A stretch of DNA of 64,000 bases from Lama glama (lineage: Eukaryota): positions 28,212,001 to 28,276,000 of the forward strand of contig CM052818.1 of assembly GCA_028534125.1 (NCBI GenBank), read 5' to 3'. The notes under the pieces were generated by a model, which had not been told where the DNA came from, made no database searches, and saw nothing but the letters and a program-made list of their open reading frames with translations. A program made the position numbers and the translations under genes. This document shows, piece after piece, positions 1 to 11,965 of this stretch. Numbering within the stretch: position 1 is the stretch's first letter; each line of letters begins with the position of its first letter.

Positions 1-98
1 CCTGACACTGATTCAGAATCTCTAGGGGGAGGGACCTGAGGATCTATTTATCAAGCATTTACATCTCAGGGTCAGGCAGGTTGGGGACCTACTACACT
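1..98. mobile_element. MER5-like hAT-Charlie MITE fragment (cut by window start)
   Basis: CTGATTCAGAATCTCTAGGGGGAGGGACCTGAGGATCT resembles the MER5A core. Confidence 0.55.
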
Positions 99-1248
99 AA
101 AGAATGATGTTGTATATTGATATATCTTTCCAACTGATATGAAGACATTTCTTTGTGGAAAAGCTGCTTAAATTTTTTCCTTAGTGTTTGAGATAAATTC
201 ATTTGCTGATATCTCCCCAATTCTATAATGAACATTCTCTAAACTGGATTAATTACTTAATCCTTTGTCATTAGTTATTTGGGGATTGACTGAGATTCTT
301 CATCAGTGTTAGTCTCATAAAATATTAGAGCATGAGTCCAGGAAATTAAACCCACATGAAAAAAACTCCTTTTCAAAACTTCGTATTTCCAACTTCATCA
401 TTTTATTTTCTTTCCTCAAATGTAGCTTTAATTTTTTTGTTTCTAATTTTTGTCTTTCACCCCACCATCATACAAGTTCTACAAAATTCTCATGCTATAA
501 ACTTTCTCACCGTCTTGGGAAACTTATTTAGCTTATTCCATGACCTTGTTTGAACCATTTGAAAAGTACTTAAAATTCTCATGAAAAGAGGATCTTTATT
601 TCCCTACCAAAATAAACAGGTAAATTGAATGCTTCCAGATACCTCATATTAAAACAGAGAAACTGAAAACAAGCACTTACTTAAATTCTCTTGGATATAA
701 ATATTGTAATAAATTGGACTATTTCTTGCTTTTTTGTGTGACATAGTATTCTGTTTAAATGTAATTGTTAATAAATTTTAAAGCACTTAATTAGGGAGAG
801 GGTAGCAGCCAAAATTTTGCTTTTGTTGATTTTTTTTCTTTGCTTAAACTTCTTGGCTTGCTTTCAAAGTCCATTCTCTTACTAAAAAATCATAATTTTA
901 ACTTTTCTTCACATCTACTAATTCCTAAGTTTTATAACTTCTGTTTACACACTAAGCTGTCCAAGTTACATACCTAGGACTTCTCATTCTTTACTGTTAC
1001 TCTCTAAAAATTTTATTTTGATACCATCCTTTTTTCACTAGAAAAGTTGAATGTAAAATATGGGCACCATATATTTTACAAATTTGAATAGTAGAAAGCT
1101 TTCAAATTCTAACTCATTTTTTATTTCAAAACACAGTCATTCTTACCAAATACATATTCTGTAGAATTAGGTTTAATCAATTTCCTTGTTCTTTTTTGAC
1201 AGTCTATAAAAGTTGTTATGTTGAGCTCCAATTCTCTTTCAGAATTGC

Positions 1249-1329
1249 TTTTTTTTTTTTAACCACTTATTGTGGTATGGTTCCTGTACAGTAAACAACA
1301 CATACTTCAGATGTACAATTGGATGAATC
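1249..1329 (-). mobile_element. short L1-type 3' tail with poly(A)
   Basis: poly-T 1249-1260 followed by reverse complement of ...TGTACATCTGAAGTATGTGTTGTTTACTGTACAGGAACCATACCACAATAA. Confidence 0.65.
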
Positions 1330-1362
1330 TTTTTTTTTAATTTATGATAAGTTGAGGTAATT

Positions 1363-2393
1363 ATTTTTTATAAATTTTTTATTGAGTTATACTCAGTTTA
1401 CAAGGTTGTGTCAATTTCCACTGTAGAGCACAGTTTTTCAGTTATACATGAACATACATTTATTCATTGTCACATTCTTTTTCGCTGTGAGCTACCACAA
1501 GATCTTGTATGTATTTCCCTATGCTATACAGTATAATCTTGTTTATCTATTCTACATATGCCTGTCATTATCTACAAATTTCAAACTCCCAGTCTGTCCC
1601 TTCCCAACTCCTCCCCCTTGGCAACCACAAGTTTGGATTCTATGTCTATGATGTCTGTGAGTCTGTTTCTGTTTTGTATTTATGTTCTTTTTCTTTTAGA
1701 GTCCACATATGAGTGATCTCATATGGTATTTTTCTTTCTTTCTGGCTTACTTCACTTAGAATGACATTCTCCAGGGACATCCATGTTGCTGCAAATGGCG
1801 TTATGTTGTCAGTTCTGATGGCTGAATAGTATTCCATTGTATAAATATACCACTTCTTCTTTATCCAGTCATCTGTTGATGGACATTTAGGCCATTTCCA
1901 TGTCTTGGTTATTGTAAATAGTGCTGCTATGAACATTGGGGTGCAGGTATCATCCATAAGTAGGGTTCCTTCTGGATATGTGCCCAGGAGTGGGATTACT
2001 GGGTCATACAGTAAGTCTATTCCTAGTCTTTTGAGGAATCTCCATACTGTTTTCCACAGTGGCTGCACCAAACTGCATTCCCACCAACAGTGTAGGAGGG
2101 TTCCCGTTTCTCTACAGCCTCTCGAGCATTTGTCATTTGTGGATTTTTGAATGATGGCCATTGTGACTAGTGTGAGGTGATACCTCATCGTAGTTTTGAT
2201 TTGCATTTCTTTGATAATTAGTGATATTGAGCATTTTTTAATGTGCCTGTTGATGATTTGTATGTCTTCCTTGGCGAATTGCTTGTTTAGGTCTTCTGCC
2301 CATTTTTGGATTGGGTTGTTTTTTTTTTTTTCTTATTGAGTCGTATGAGCTGCTTATATATTTTGGAGATCAAGCCTTTGTCAGTTTCATCTT
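1363..2393 (-). mobile_element. young lineage-specific L1, 3' end of ORF2 plus 3'UTR, cut by gap
   Basis: ORF 1646-2206 translates as L1 ORF2p C-terminus (MRYHLT...[20 protein letters not shown]...[11 protein letters not shown]); T-rich tail at left. Confidence 0.95.
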
Positions 2394-2893
2394 NNNNNNN
2401 NNNNNNNNNNNNNNNNNNNNNNNNNNNNNNNNNNNNNNNNNNNNNNNNNNNNNNNNNNNNNNNNNNNNNNNNNNNNNNNNNNNNNNNNNNNNNNNNNNNN
2501 NNNNNNNNNNNNNNNNNNNNNNNNNNNNNNNNNNNNNNNNNNNNNNNNNNNNNNNNNNNNNNNNNNNNNNNNNNNNNNNNNNNNNNNNNNNNNNNNNNNN
2601 NNNNNNNNNNNNNNNNNNNNNNNNNNNNNNNNNNNNNNNNNNNNNNNNNNNNNNNNNNNNNNNNNNNNNNNNNNNNNNNNNNNNNNNNNNNNNNNNNNNN
2701 NNNNNNNNNNNNNNNNNNNNNNNNNNNNNNNNNNNNNNNNNNNNNNNNNNNNNNNNNNNNNNNNNNNNNNNNNNNNNNNNNNNNNNNNNNNNNNNNNNNN
2801 NNNNNNNNNNNNNNNNNNNNNNNNNNNNNNNNNNNNNNNNNNNNNNNNNNNNNNNNNNNNNNNNNNNNNNNNNNNNNNNNNNNNNNNNNNNNN
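2394..2893. other. assembly gap, exactly 500 N
   Basis: run of N seen directly. Confidence 1.
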
Positions 2894-3372
2894 CTAAATG
2901 TCCATCAACGGATAACTGGATAAAGAAGAAGTGGTATATTTATACAATGGAATACTACTCAGCCATAAAAACCGACAACATAATGCCATTTGCAGCAACA
3001 TGGATGCTCCTGGAGAATGTCATTCTAAGTGAAGAAAGCCAGAAAGAAAGAATACCATATAAGATTGCTCATATGTGGAATTAAAAAAAAAAAAGCATAA
3101 ATACAAAACAGAAAGAGGCTCTTAGACATAGAATACAAACTTGTGGTTGCCAAAGGGGTGGAGGGTGGGAAGGGATTGACGGGATTTCAAAATTGTAGAA
3201 TAGATAAACAAGATTATACTGTATAGCACAGGGAAATATACACAAGCTCACAGAGAAAAAAGTGTGACAATGAATAAATGTATGTTCATGTATAACTGAA
3301 AAATTGTGCTCTACACTGGAATTTGACACAACATTGTAAAATGATTATAAATCATTAAAATTTTTTAAAAAT
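2894..3372 (+). mobile_element. young L1 3' end (ORF2 tail plus 3'UTR)
   Basis: [23 protein letters not shown]; 3'UTR ending GAATTTGACACAACATTGTAAAATGA. Confidence 0.95.
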
Positions 3373-3439
3373 GCATTAAAATAAATTAGAACTAAAAATA
3401 TTTCAAAGAAAATAAACAAATGATTAATAAATGCAAAAG

Positions 3440-4147
3440 AAGTCATAAAGACAGAAAGAAAAGAAGTAAAATTGTTTTATATGCTGATGGCATAATTATT
3501 TACATAGAAACCCTAAGGAATCTACAAACAAAAAGCTGCCAGAACTAATATATGAATATAGGAAGTTTTCAGTATATAAGAAAGACATTCAAAACACAAA
3601 TTTTATTATATCTAATGATGAAAAAGATTAACTGAAATAAAAGTTTAATTATTAATAGCACCAAAATATTTAGGAACAAATTTAGCCAAAAATGTATACA
3701 ACCTATACATGGGAACCTACAAAACATTGCTAAGATAAACTTACAGGGAAAAAGTAAGTGAAGGGATACATTATATTCAGAGACTGAAAGAGTCAGTATT
3801 ACTGAAAATGGATGTTGATCCAGAGATCCAAAGGAAATTATCTGTAGATGGAATACAATCCCATTCAGAATTCTAGCAGGATGTTTGGAAGAAATTAACA
3901 AGCTGACTGTAAAATGTAGGTATAGACAAGTGATCAATAAAAGTCAAAACAATTTTCTAAAAGCAGAACAATTTAGAAAACTTATTTCAGTGTGCAGCAA
4001 TCAAGACAATGTAATCAAGAGGAAGCAGTGGCACAATAGGGCAATCGAAGAACACAGCATCCAGAAATAGGTCTACGCTTACATGATCAATGATTTTTGC
4101 CAGCCTAATTCAATAGAGAAAAGATGTCTTGTTAAGGAATGGTGGTG
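3440..4147 (+). mobile_element. old degenerate L1 ORF2 fragment (RT region onward)
   Basis: AAGAAGTAAAATTG...GCTGATGGCATAATT...ATAGAAACCCTAAGGAATC is a decayed KEEVKLSLFADDMI.Y.ENPK. Confidence 0.85.
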
Positions 4148-6020
4148 AGGGGGCGATCAAGATGGCAGAGTAAGAAGATGTAGAGCTCACCTCCCCCCAT
4201 GAACACATCAAAACGCATCTACCTGTGGAACAATTCTGACTAAAAACTAACTGGAAGCTGGCAGAGAGACTGCTGTACAACCAAGGCTGTAAAGAAGATA
4301 CACTTGTAATTGGCTAGGAAGGAGAGAAAAGCAATCAGATTGGAACCTGTACCCCTGGGAGAAGACTCAGAGGGAAAGGGAAATTACATGAGCAGACACT
4401 CACCTTGGGGAGTGAACAGGTCCAGCCACAGATCGGGGTGTCTAGCCCTGGGGTCCTGCATGAAAGAGACAAATCCCCTTGGCTGACTGGAGGAGAGCTG
4501 GGACAAGCAGAAGGGCTATGGACACAGAGGCTACATGGTCCCAGCGTGAAGCCTGGGTTGGGTGGCTGCAGCCATTGTTGTCACTACTCAAGCAGTGACT
4601 CAGAAGCCTTCCAGATCTGTGACTGCAGCCATTCCACCACAGCTAACCTCCCAATACACACAGAGAGTTCATGGGGCCCTGCCAGCCATGCAGGGTGGTT
4701 CCACAATAGGTCGGGGTGGCAGAAGCAGGAGCAATTATGGGCTGTGAGAGAAAAAGGGGACGCACCCCAGGCTGAGTCTGAGCAAAGCCAGAGACACCTA
4801 CACAGGCAGCAGCATATGACCGCTGTCGGTGCACAGGCCCCACTTATTTCAGCACTCCCTCCCACTGGGGCAAACACACACTTAAAAGGAATGGAGTCAG
4901 CTCTACCTGAACCCTCAGGGTTTCAGCTCCAGCAACATAGGGTCAGACCCCACTTCTGCCTCAGTGCTGATGATCACTGAGCAGAGAGGTAGTCAGGCCT
5001 CACAACCAGAACTAGCTCTAGCCCCTCCATCTACAGTTCCATTTCCTCCCAAGATGAGAGTTGCCAATACACCCCGAGGAAAGACATGATTTGTATCCAC
5101 ATCTCCAGCCCTCCCACCAAAGGCTCCTACAACTCAATATAAAAAAAAAAAAAAACCAAAAACCTAAAAACAACCGAATCAAAAAATGGGCAGAAGACCT
5201 GAATAGACATTTTTCCAAAGAAAACATACCGATGGCTAACAAGCACATGAAAATATGCTGAACATCGCTGTATCAAAGAACTGTAAATCAAAACAAATAT
5301 GAGATATCACCTCACACCTGTCAGAATGACTCTGATCAAAAAAATTTACAAATAACAAATGTTGGAGAAGATGTGGAGGAAAGAAAACCCTTGTACACTG
5401 TTAGTTGGGAATGTAAACTGGTGTAGCCGCTGCGGAAAACAGTATGGAGGTTCCTCTAAAACCTGAAAACAGAACTACCATATGATCCAGCAATCTCACT
5501 TCTGGGTACGTATCTGGAAAAAACGAAAACACTAATTCAAAAAGATACATGCTCCCCAATGTTCCTAACCACACTATGGATTACTCAGTGGATTACTCAG
5601 CCATAAAAAGAGAATGAAATTATGCCATTTGCAGCCACATGGATAGACCTAGAGAATATTATGCTTAGTGAAGTAACTTAGTATGACAAATACCCTGTGT
5701 TACCATTTATATATGAAATCTAAAAAAATAATGCAAATGGATGTACACAGGAAACAAAAACGGACACACAGATACAGAAAACCAGTAACCAAAGGGGAAG
5801 AAGGAAGTGGGATGGGGCAAATTAGGGGTATAGGATTAAGAGATACAAACTACTATATATAAACTAGATAAGCAACAAGGATATATTATATATTATAGGG
5901 ACCATTACCTTGTAATAACTTTTAATGGAGTATATAATCTGTAAAAATACTGAATAGCAAAGCTGTACACATGAAACTCATATAATATTATAAATCAACT
6001 ATACTTAAACTTAAAAAAAT
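4148..6020 (+). mobile_element. L1 with 5'UTR joined directly to ORF2 3' end and 3'UTR (ORF1 and most of ORF2 absent), nested in older L1
   Basis: starts GGGGGCGATCAAGATGGC (YY1 motif 4158-4166); GC-richer 5'UTR to about 5122, then CTCCTACAACTCAAT...AAAAATGGGCAGAAGACCTGAATAGAC; ends AAATCAACTATACTTAA plus A-tail. Confidence 0.85.
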
Positions 6021-6970
6021 ATGATAGTGGGACAAATAAATATCCTGGGGAAAGAAAAGGAGAATGGGAGAATAAGCCTCAACTCTTACCTGAAACCAAT
6101 AAGAATCATATGTCTACAGATAGTAACTAATACTACTGAATTGTATATGAAAATACGGAAGAAATATTTTTGTAATTAGGATAAGAAAAGATTTCTTAAA
6201 AAGGACACAAAAGCACAAACTATTAAAATCATAGATAAACTTCACCAAAATTAAAAACAAATTCTTATCAAAGCACACATTTAGTAAAATGATGTCACAA
6301 TTGGGAGAAATTATTTTTAAAATATGCATCTTATAAAAGCATCATGTCTAGAATATATAAAGAGCATTTAAAACTCAGTAATATCAAATCAAACGACTCA
6401 GGAAAATGGGCGAACAACTTAAATGGACACTTCAAAAAGAAAATATGCAAATAGCCAATAAGCACATAAAATGTACTCAACATCATTAGTCATAAAGGAA
6501 ATACAAACTAGGACCATATGGCTTTATCAATGAATGCAGAACAACTAGTCAACAAATTTCAGCACCCATGCATGATAAAAGTTCCCAGCAAACTAGGATA
6601 GAAGAACACTGAATCAGTTTCATAAGGGCAATCTAATAATATCTATAGCTAACATATTACTCAATAGTGAATTAATGAAGTCTTTGTTCATGAGATTAAG
6701 AAAAAGGCAAGGATATTTACTCATATCACTTTAATATTTGACTTCCTAGCCAGTGTAATAGGCAGGAAAAAGAAAATAAAATGCATACAGGTTGAAAGGA
6801 ATAGTTATTTTACTTGTAATATATATGTGTGTGTAGTTGATTCTAAGAAATGTTTATATAAAAACTTACTAGAATAAGTGAACTTAACAATGTTACAGGA
6901 TACAAAGTCAGTATAAAAATCAATTGCATTTCTATGTGACAGCAATGAACATTTGGAAAATGAAACTAAA
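6021..6970 (+). mobile_element. old L1 ORF2 fragments (continuation of host element, then an out-of-order RT-region piece from about 6520)
   Basis: resumes at ATGATAGTGGGACAAA; later AGCCAATAAGCACATAAAATGTACTCAACATCATTAGTC and CCTAGCCAGTGTAATAGGCAGGAAAAAGAAA. Confidence 0.75.
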
Positions 6971-7965
6971 TATATGTATAATTTACTATCTCATCCAAAG
7001 TGACATAAGGTAAGCTTCTTGTTTACCCAAACTGATTAATGTGCCATTACTTCAAATTCAATTTAACACTCTAGTTTTCTATTTCCAGTTAAATGTGCTT
7101 TAAGTTTGATGGGTGCTAGTGTCTCTAAGGTAAAACACTAAATTCCATGAGGGTTATAGGTCCACAGGGGACCAGTGTTTATTTCTACTCCAGAATGTAC
7201 TTATAATTTTTTTCCATAGGTTCTCCCCTTCCCATGGATTCTCCCCTGACATCCTGCCCCTTAGCTTGGCATTTTTGGAAATTCCTCAGCCCATCATAAG
7301 GCAACACCAGCATAACCCTGCTGTGAGTACTTGACACAGACAGAAATTACAGTATCGCAGCAAAGTACAAAGAAAATTAAAACTCAACTCCCAACTGGAA
7401 AGCATGATGAAATGCACTGAACAAAGCAGGTTAACCAAGCAAAATCACTGTCTAGACTAAACATGAAGAAAATTCTGCTATTTCTTAAACTGTATTGCTC
7501 ATTACATGAAAATAGAGATCTGGAAATTTTAGCTGCTATAAAATTATGACTGGTACATAGGTCATGCAATAAGATATTTCATACATATGACTGGTGTCAA
7601 CAGGATGTCTAATAGAGTTTACGTTTGTCTCTGAAACCCAGTATGTCTTAGTTGGCTTTATTTTATTCACCTTGTATTAGTGTTTTTAATTTTTTCTTAT
7701 GTTGTTTTTCCCCTAGATTCAGTTGTAAATTTCTCCAGGGTAATGGATGAGTCTACTCTTGCCTTCATATTTCTTGTACAGTAACTCCAGTGTTCAGTAA
7801 ATGTTGACAATCTGAGTTATTACATAAAAAAAAAATTTGATCAGAGATCAGCAGCCAAATCACCTTTTAAAAAGTCTTCTTAACTTGTTTGGGTAAATGA
7901 AAGAATTCACCAATAAAGATGACCTAATAAGTTATATTCTTAAGCTCTTTTTATTAAATACATCT

Positions 7966-8020
7966 AAAGAAATTGACACAACATTGTAAACTGACTATAC
8001 TACAATAAAAAGAAAAGAAA
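7966..8020 (+). mobile_element. 55-bp 5'-truncated young L1 tail with perfect 10-bp TSD
   Basis: AAAGAAATTGACACAACATTGTAAACTGACTATAC plus A-tail flanked by AAATACATCT at 7956-7965 and 8021-8030. Confidence 0.9.
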
Positions 8021-8149
8021 AAATACATCTCAAGTTTTATATTCACATCTTTACCTAAGGACACCTGAAAGTATCATCTAAGAGTAAGGCTCCTGTTGAT
8101 GCTCAGCAGTCTAAAAAGTGTTTGCTAACTATAGTTTCAGATTCAGTAA

Positions 8150-8340
8150 ACATTATGATCTACCTCCTGTGGGTCAAATGCTTTTACATGATATTTTATT
8201 TAATCCCATCAAAATTGTATGAAGTCAGTGATGTTTTACCCATTTTAAAAATGAAGGATCTAAAACCCATTGAGGTTAAGTAACTCAGTCTGTTGCAGCT
8301 AGCATAGAAAAGTCATCCAAATCCAGGTTTTCCTGACTGC
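8150..8340 (-). mobile_element. MIR SINE
   Basis: ATTTAATCC...CCCATTTTAAAAATGAAG...GAGGTTAAGTAACT MIR core. Confidence 0.7.
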
Positions 8341-8419
8341 TTCCTAGTAGCATTTTGTGATCTGATGGCCTGAATTGATTGAATTGATGACATCAAAGCA
8401 CAAAGGTAAGGGCATTCAT

Positions 8420-8596
8420 TCTCTCTCTACTATATATACACACATACAGACACACACACACATACATGCATATATGTGTGTATATATACACTATATTAAT
8501 ATAATACACTATATGTTAACTATACACCTTATATACTCCCTCTCTCTATATAGTATGTATTAGATGTATATTATATATAATATATAACTATATATT
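8420..8596. repeat. degenerate (CT/TA/CA)n microsatellite, low complexity
   Basis: seen directly. Confidence 0.75.
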
Positions 8597-8939
8597 CAGA
8601 TAAAGTGGAGGGAAGATACTTTGTTAGGTTTATCTGGGAAATTTCATCCCAGGAAAGAAACAAACATGGTCTGGTTTTGAATTTACTCAAAAACCCTAGG
8701 AAAATACTGGAGAATTTTCTCCAGAGACAAGCCATTTAATGGTTGAGCTAGTGTTAGGATTAATTTATTAGATGAGTACAAACAGGGTTCTACTGAATCA
8801 TTAAATTTCTAGCCACCCTATTAAAAACAATACAGATTCTCTAAGCTATCTATCTTCTTTTCTGTTTCACTTTCATTCCTTCTTTCATTGAGCTTTCATT
8901 ATTTCTTACTATCTCATACAGACAATAACTAATTCATCT

Positions 8940-9090
8940 TGCTGATTTTTATCTCCCATTGGATTGTAAGGTCCATGAAAGCAAGTGTTTTTGCACCTTG
9001 CTTGTTTGTTGTCCTCCTATATGACAAGTGTCTACAATAATACCAGACATATTTTGGGTGCTCAATATTTGGGGGATGAATAAATGAGGG
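8940..9090 (+). mobile_element. L2 3' end
   Basis: GATTGTAAGGTCCATGAAAGCA...GTGCTCAATATTTG...ATGAATAAATGA. Confidence 0.65.
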
Positions 9091-9649
9091 AATGGAAGAA
9101 CATGGGATTATATTCTTTTCAGAAAGGAGGTCTACTCTCTTGAAACTTTAAGGGATATTTTTCACTCAAGCACTTGACTGAGTGAGGAAGGTACATATTT
9201 TTCAGCCTTGCTGGCTGCTGCAAATCAGCAAGAGAGAGTTGATCACCTGAAGCCAAAAGCTTCAGAGAGTTTGTTCTGAATCATCATGGTTCTTATGTCT
9301 AGTGGCCTCAGTGTCCATGGGATGTCATTTATCCTTCTTTACTGTTTCAATCTTTGAGAGTTAACCAGCAGCCAGAGGTAACAGCAATAGGCTTTCCCAG
9401 TAGCAAAAAAACCTCCAAGCATACTCATCCCAGCATTGTTGACTTGTTCTGTGTCCATAAGCAAAATTTCTGATAACTAAAGTGAGAGGAGATGAAGAGT
9501 AGATTAACGCTAAAAAGTTGTTTTATACACTTTGACTTGACAGCAAATGAATACAGCAAGATGAGCAAGGAAGTCTAAAAATGCTCAGAGAGGCATCCTT
9601 GGGAAACTTCAAATTCCTGTAGATTCAGAAAAGGTAAAATTATTTTTTT

Positions 9650-9855
9650 AAGCACTTAGAAATATCAACTTAATCTTCACAACCATTCTCTTAGATATCT
9701 CTTATTATTCCCATTTTACAAATGAGGAAATAAGAGTCACAGAGAAGTGTTGTAACATGTCCAAGAGCACACAGCTAGGAAACAATGGAGCTGGGATTTG
9801 AATCCAGGCATCCTGACTCCAGAGTCTATATTCTTGGTGGCTGAACCACATTGCT
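9650..9855 (-). mobile_element. MIR SINE
   Basis: CCCATTTTACAAATGAGGAAA...CACACAGCTAG...GGGATTTGAATCCAGGC...TGACTCCAGAG. Confidence 0.85.
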
Positions 9856-11176
9856 ACACAGAAACAAATGCAAGGTTCTAAAAGGGTGGTGATAAAAAAA
9901 ACTACAAGGATTAGGTGCATTTTTCATATTAATAATGTTTTAGTTAGAGGAGTTTGAAATACATTTTATAACATTATTTATCCTTGCCAAAATTATTGTT
10001 TCTATTTCTCATTGCCTATTTCAGTAAATGTGACCAGCAGTAATCTAGTAACATGAGTTAGAAAGCTTAGACTCATACCAGATCTCTGCTCCTTTTATAA
10101 CTCATACATCTAATCAGCGACCAAGTCTTGTGGTTTACATATAAAAATGATTCAGACAGCCTTCATTTACTACTCACCTATGGTCACAAACTGTGCAAGT
10201 TCAGTAAAGGTAAAATTATTAAAGAACCAAAAGCAAAGCCAAAAGATTCAATAATTCTCTCAATTGTATGCAGTTTTTAATATAATATTTAGTATATACT
10301 CATGCAAGTATAATTTAATCATATAAATGTATAAGATTTATCATTTTAATACATACATGTATAAATAAGTATGTAATATGATCCATTATAAAATTATTTT
10401 GTCTATTTTTCTTTGATTTATCTCTGTTTTAGGATATCTGAAATGATATTCACTAAATTGTAATGATGGATATTTCTTCATCATGGGTATAGAGATGATT
10501 TTTAATTGCATTATTTTTGTTTTTTATATTGTTGAATGTTTTACAAAGCTCACGTATATTTTTCTAGTAGATTTAATGCTTTTATTCTTACAAGCAAATA
10601 TATAAAATCAAAGCAGAGTAAGCTTAGAACTAATAATATTTTCTCATTCTAAAAAAAAAAAGGCACCAATAATAATAGCCAGCAATGACAACACTAACAC
10701 ATGGGAGTCAAATTTTAAGTAGTTTTCCCTCTTAGAGCATGGTTCAAAAGCTAATTATAAGCATACTATAGAGAATGAATGGGTGCCAAGTAACAGAGTT
10801 TAATTTATTAAAAATTTTAGTAGTTTAAAGGATAGATCATATAGATTATATAGATTCTAAATTATGTTTTTGTCAAGTATTTGAGTGAACAATATATACC
10901 AGAAGCTAAAGGAGACATAAAGATGAATAAGCTTCAACTGTGCCATTTAACTCTGTACAATTAAATAAGGAAGTGAAGGCCTCTTGAAAATTTATTATAA
11001 ATAAAGTGGATGGAATGCAGGGAAGGGTAAAACCATATTTTGCTGAAGGGAGTAGGAAAAAATAAAATCAAACTATTTTGGGATAAGTCAGGGAATGTCA
11101 ATGACTGAAAAAATGATTGTACATGACAACTCTGCATATATTATACATGTAATATATACAACTAGTCAATAGTATT

Positions 11177-11965
11177 TGTAGTTGTTATCAACTGCTGCTG
11201 TAACAAATTACCACAAACTTAGTGGCTTAAAAGAGCACAATTTATTCTCTGAAAGTTCTGTAGATTAGAAAACTGGCATGGTTCTCACTGAATTAAAACC
11301 AGGTGTCAGTGGGACTGCATTCCTGTTTGGAAGCTCTAGGGAATAATCTGCTTCATTGTTTTTCCAATTTCAAGAGGCTGTCCAGTCCACCTTCCTTGGC
11401 TTAGAGCCTCCTTCCTATCTCTTCAAAGCCCACAACATAGTACCTCTCGGGCCATTCTTCCTTGACTCCAGCCAAGAAAATCCTTTGATTTTAAGGACCC
11501 ATTGAGCCCACCCAAATCATCCAGGATAATCTCCCCAAGTCAAAGTTGTTCCTTTAATCACATCTGCAAAATCTCTTTTGTCAAGTAAGTAATGCATTCC
11601 TAGCTGCTGAGAATTAGGCATGGACATTATTTGGAGCCATTATCCTGCCTACCGTAATCTGCTCTTTGGATCGCAAAGATTCACATTCATCAATCATGCA
11701 AAATACATTCATTTCATCCCAACATCTCCAAAACTTTAATTCATTACAGTAACTAAAGTTGAGTCCACTCATCTAAATTTCATCAGTTTAACAGCCCCAT
11801 AGATATCTTATCATCTAAATCAAGTATATCAGGTATGAGTGAGACTTTGGGTATGATCCATTCTGGGGCATAATTTGTGGACATGTGAACCTCAAGAAAC
11901 AAATGTTTTGTTCCCAAAATACAGTAGTGGGACAGATATAGGATAATAGTGATAAATATTCTGAG
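11177..11965 (-). mobile_element. MaLR MLT1-type LTR (to about 11655) plus adjacent internal sequence
   Basis: GCTGCTGTAACAAATTACCACAAACTTAGTGGCTTAAAA...CAGGATAATCTCCC...TAATCACATCTGCAAA...GCCATTATCCTGCCTACC. Confidence 0.85.

Noticed and set aside
2306..3084. Longest ORFs in the track (205 and 257 aa)
   Set aside because: Artefacts of reading through the N gap
4405..4980. 191-aa ORF as a gene or L1 ORF1
   Set aside because: Lies in the GC-richer L1 5'UTR, starts at TTG, and shows no resemblance to ORF1p or any protein I know
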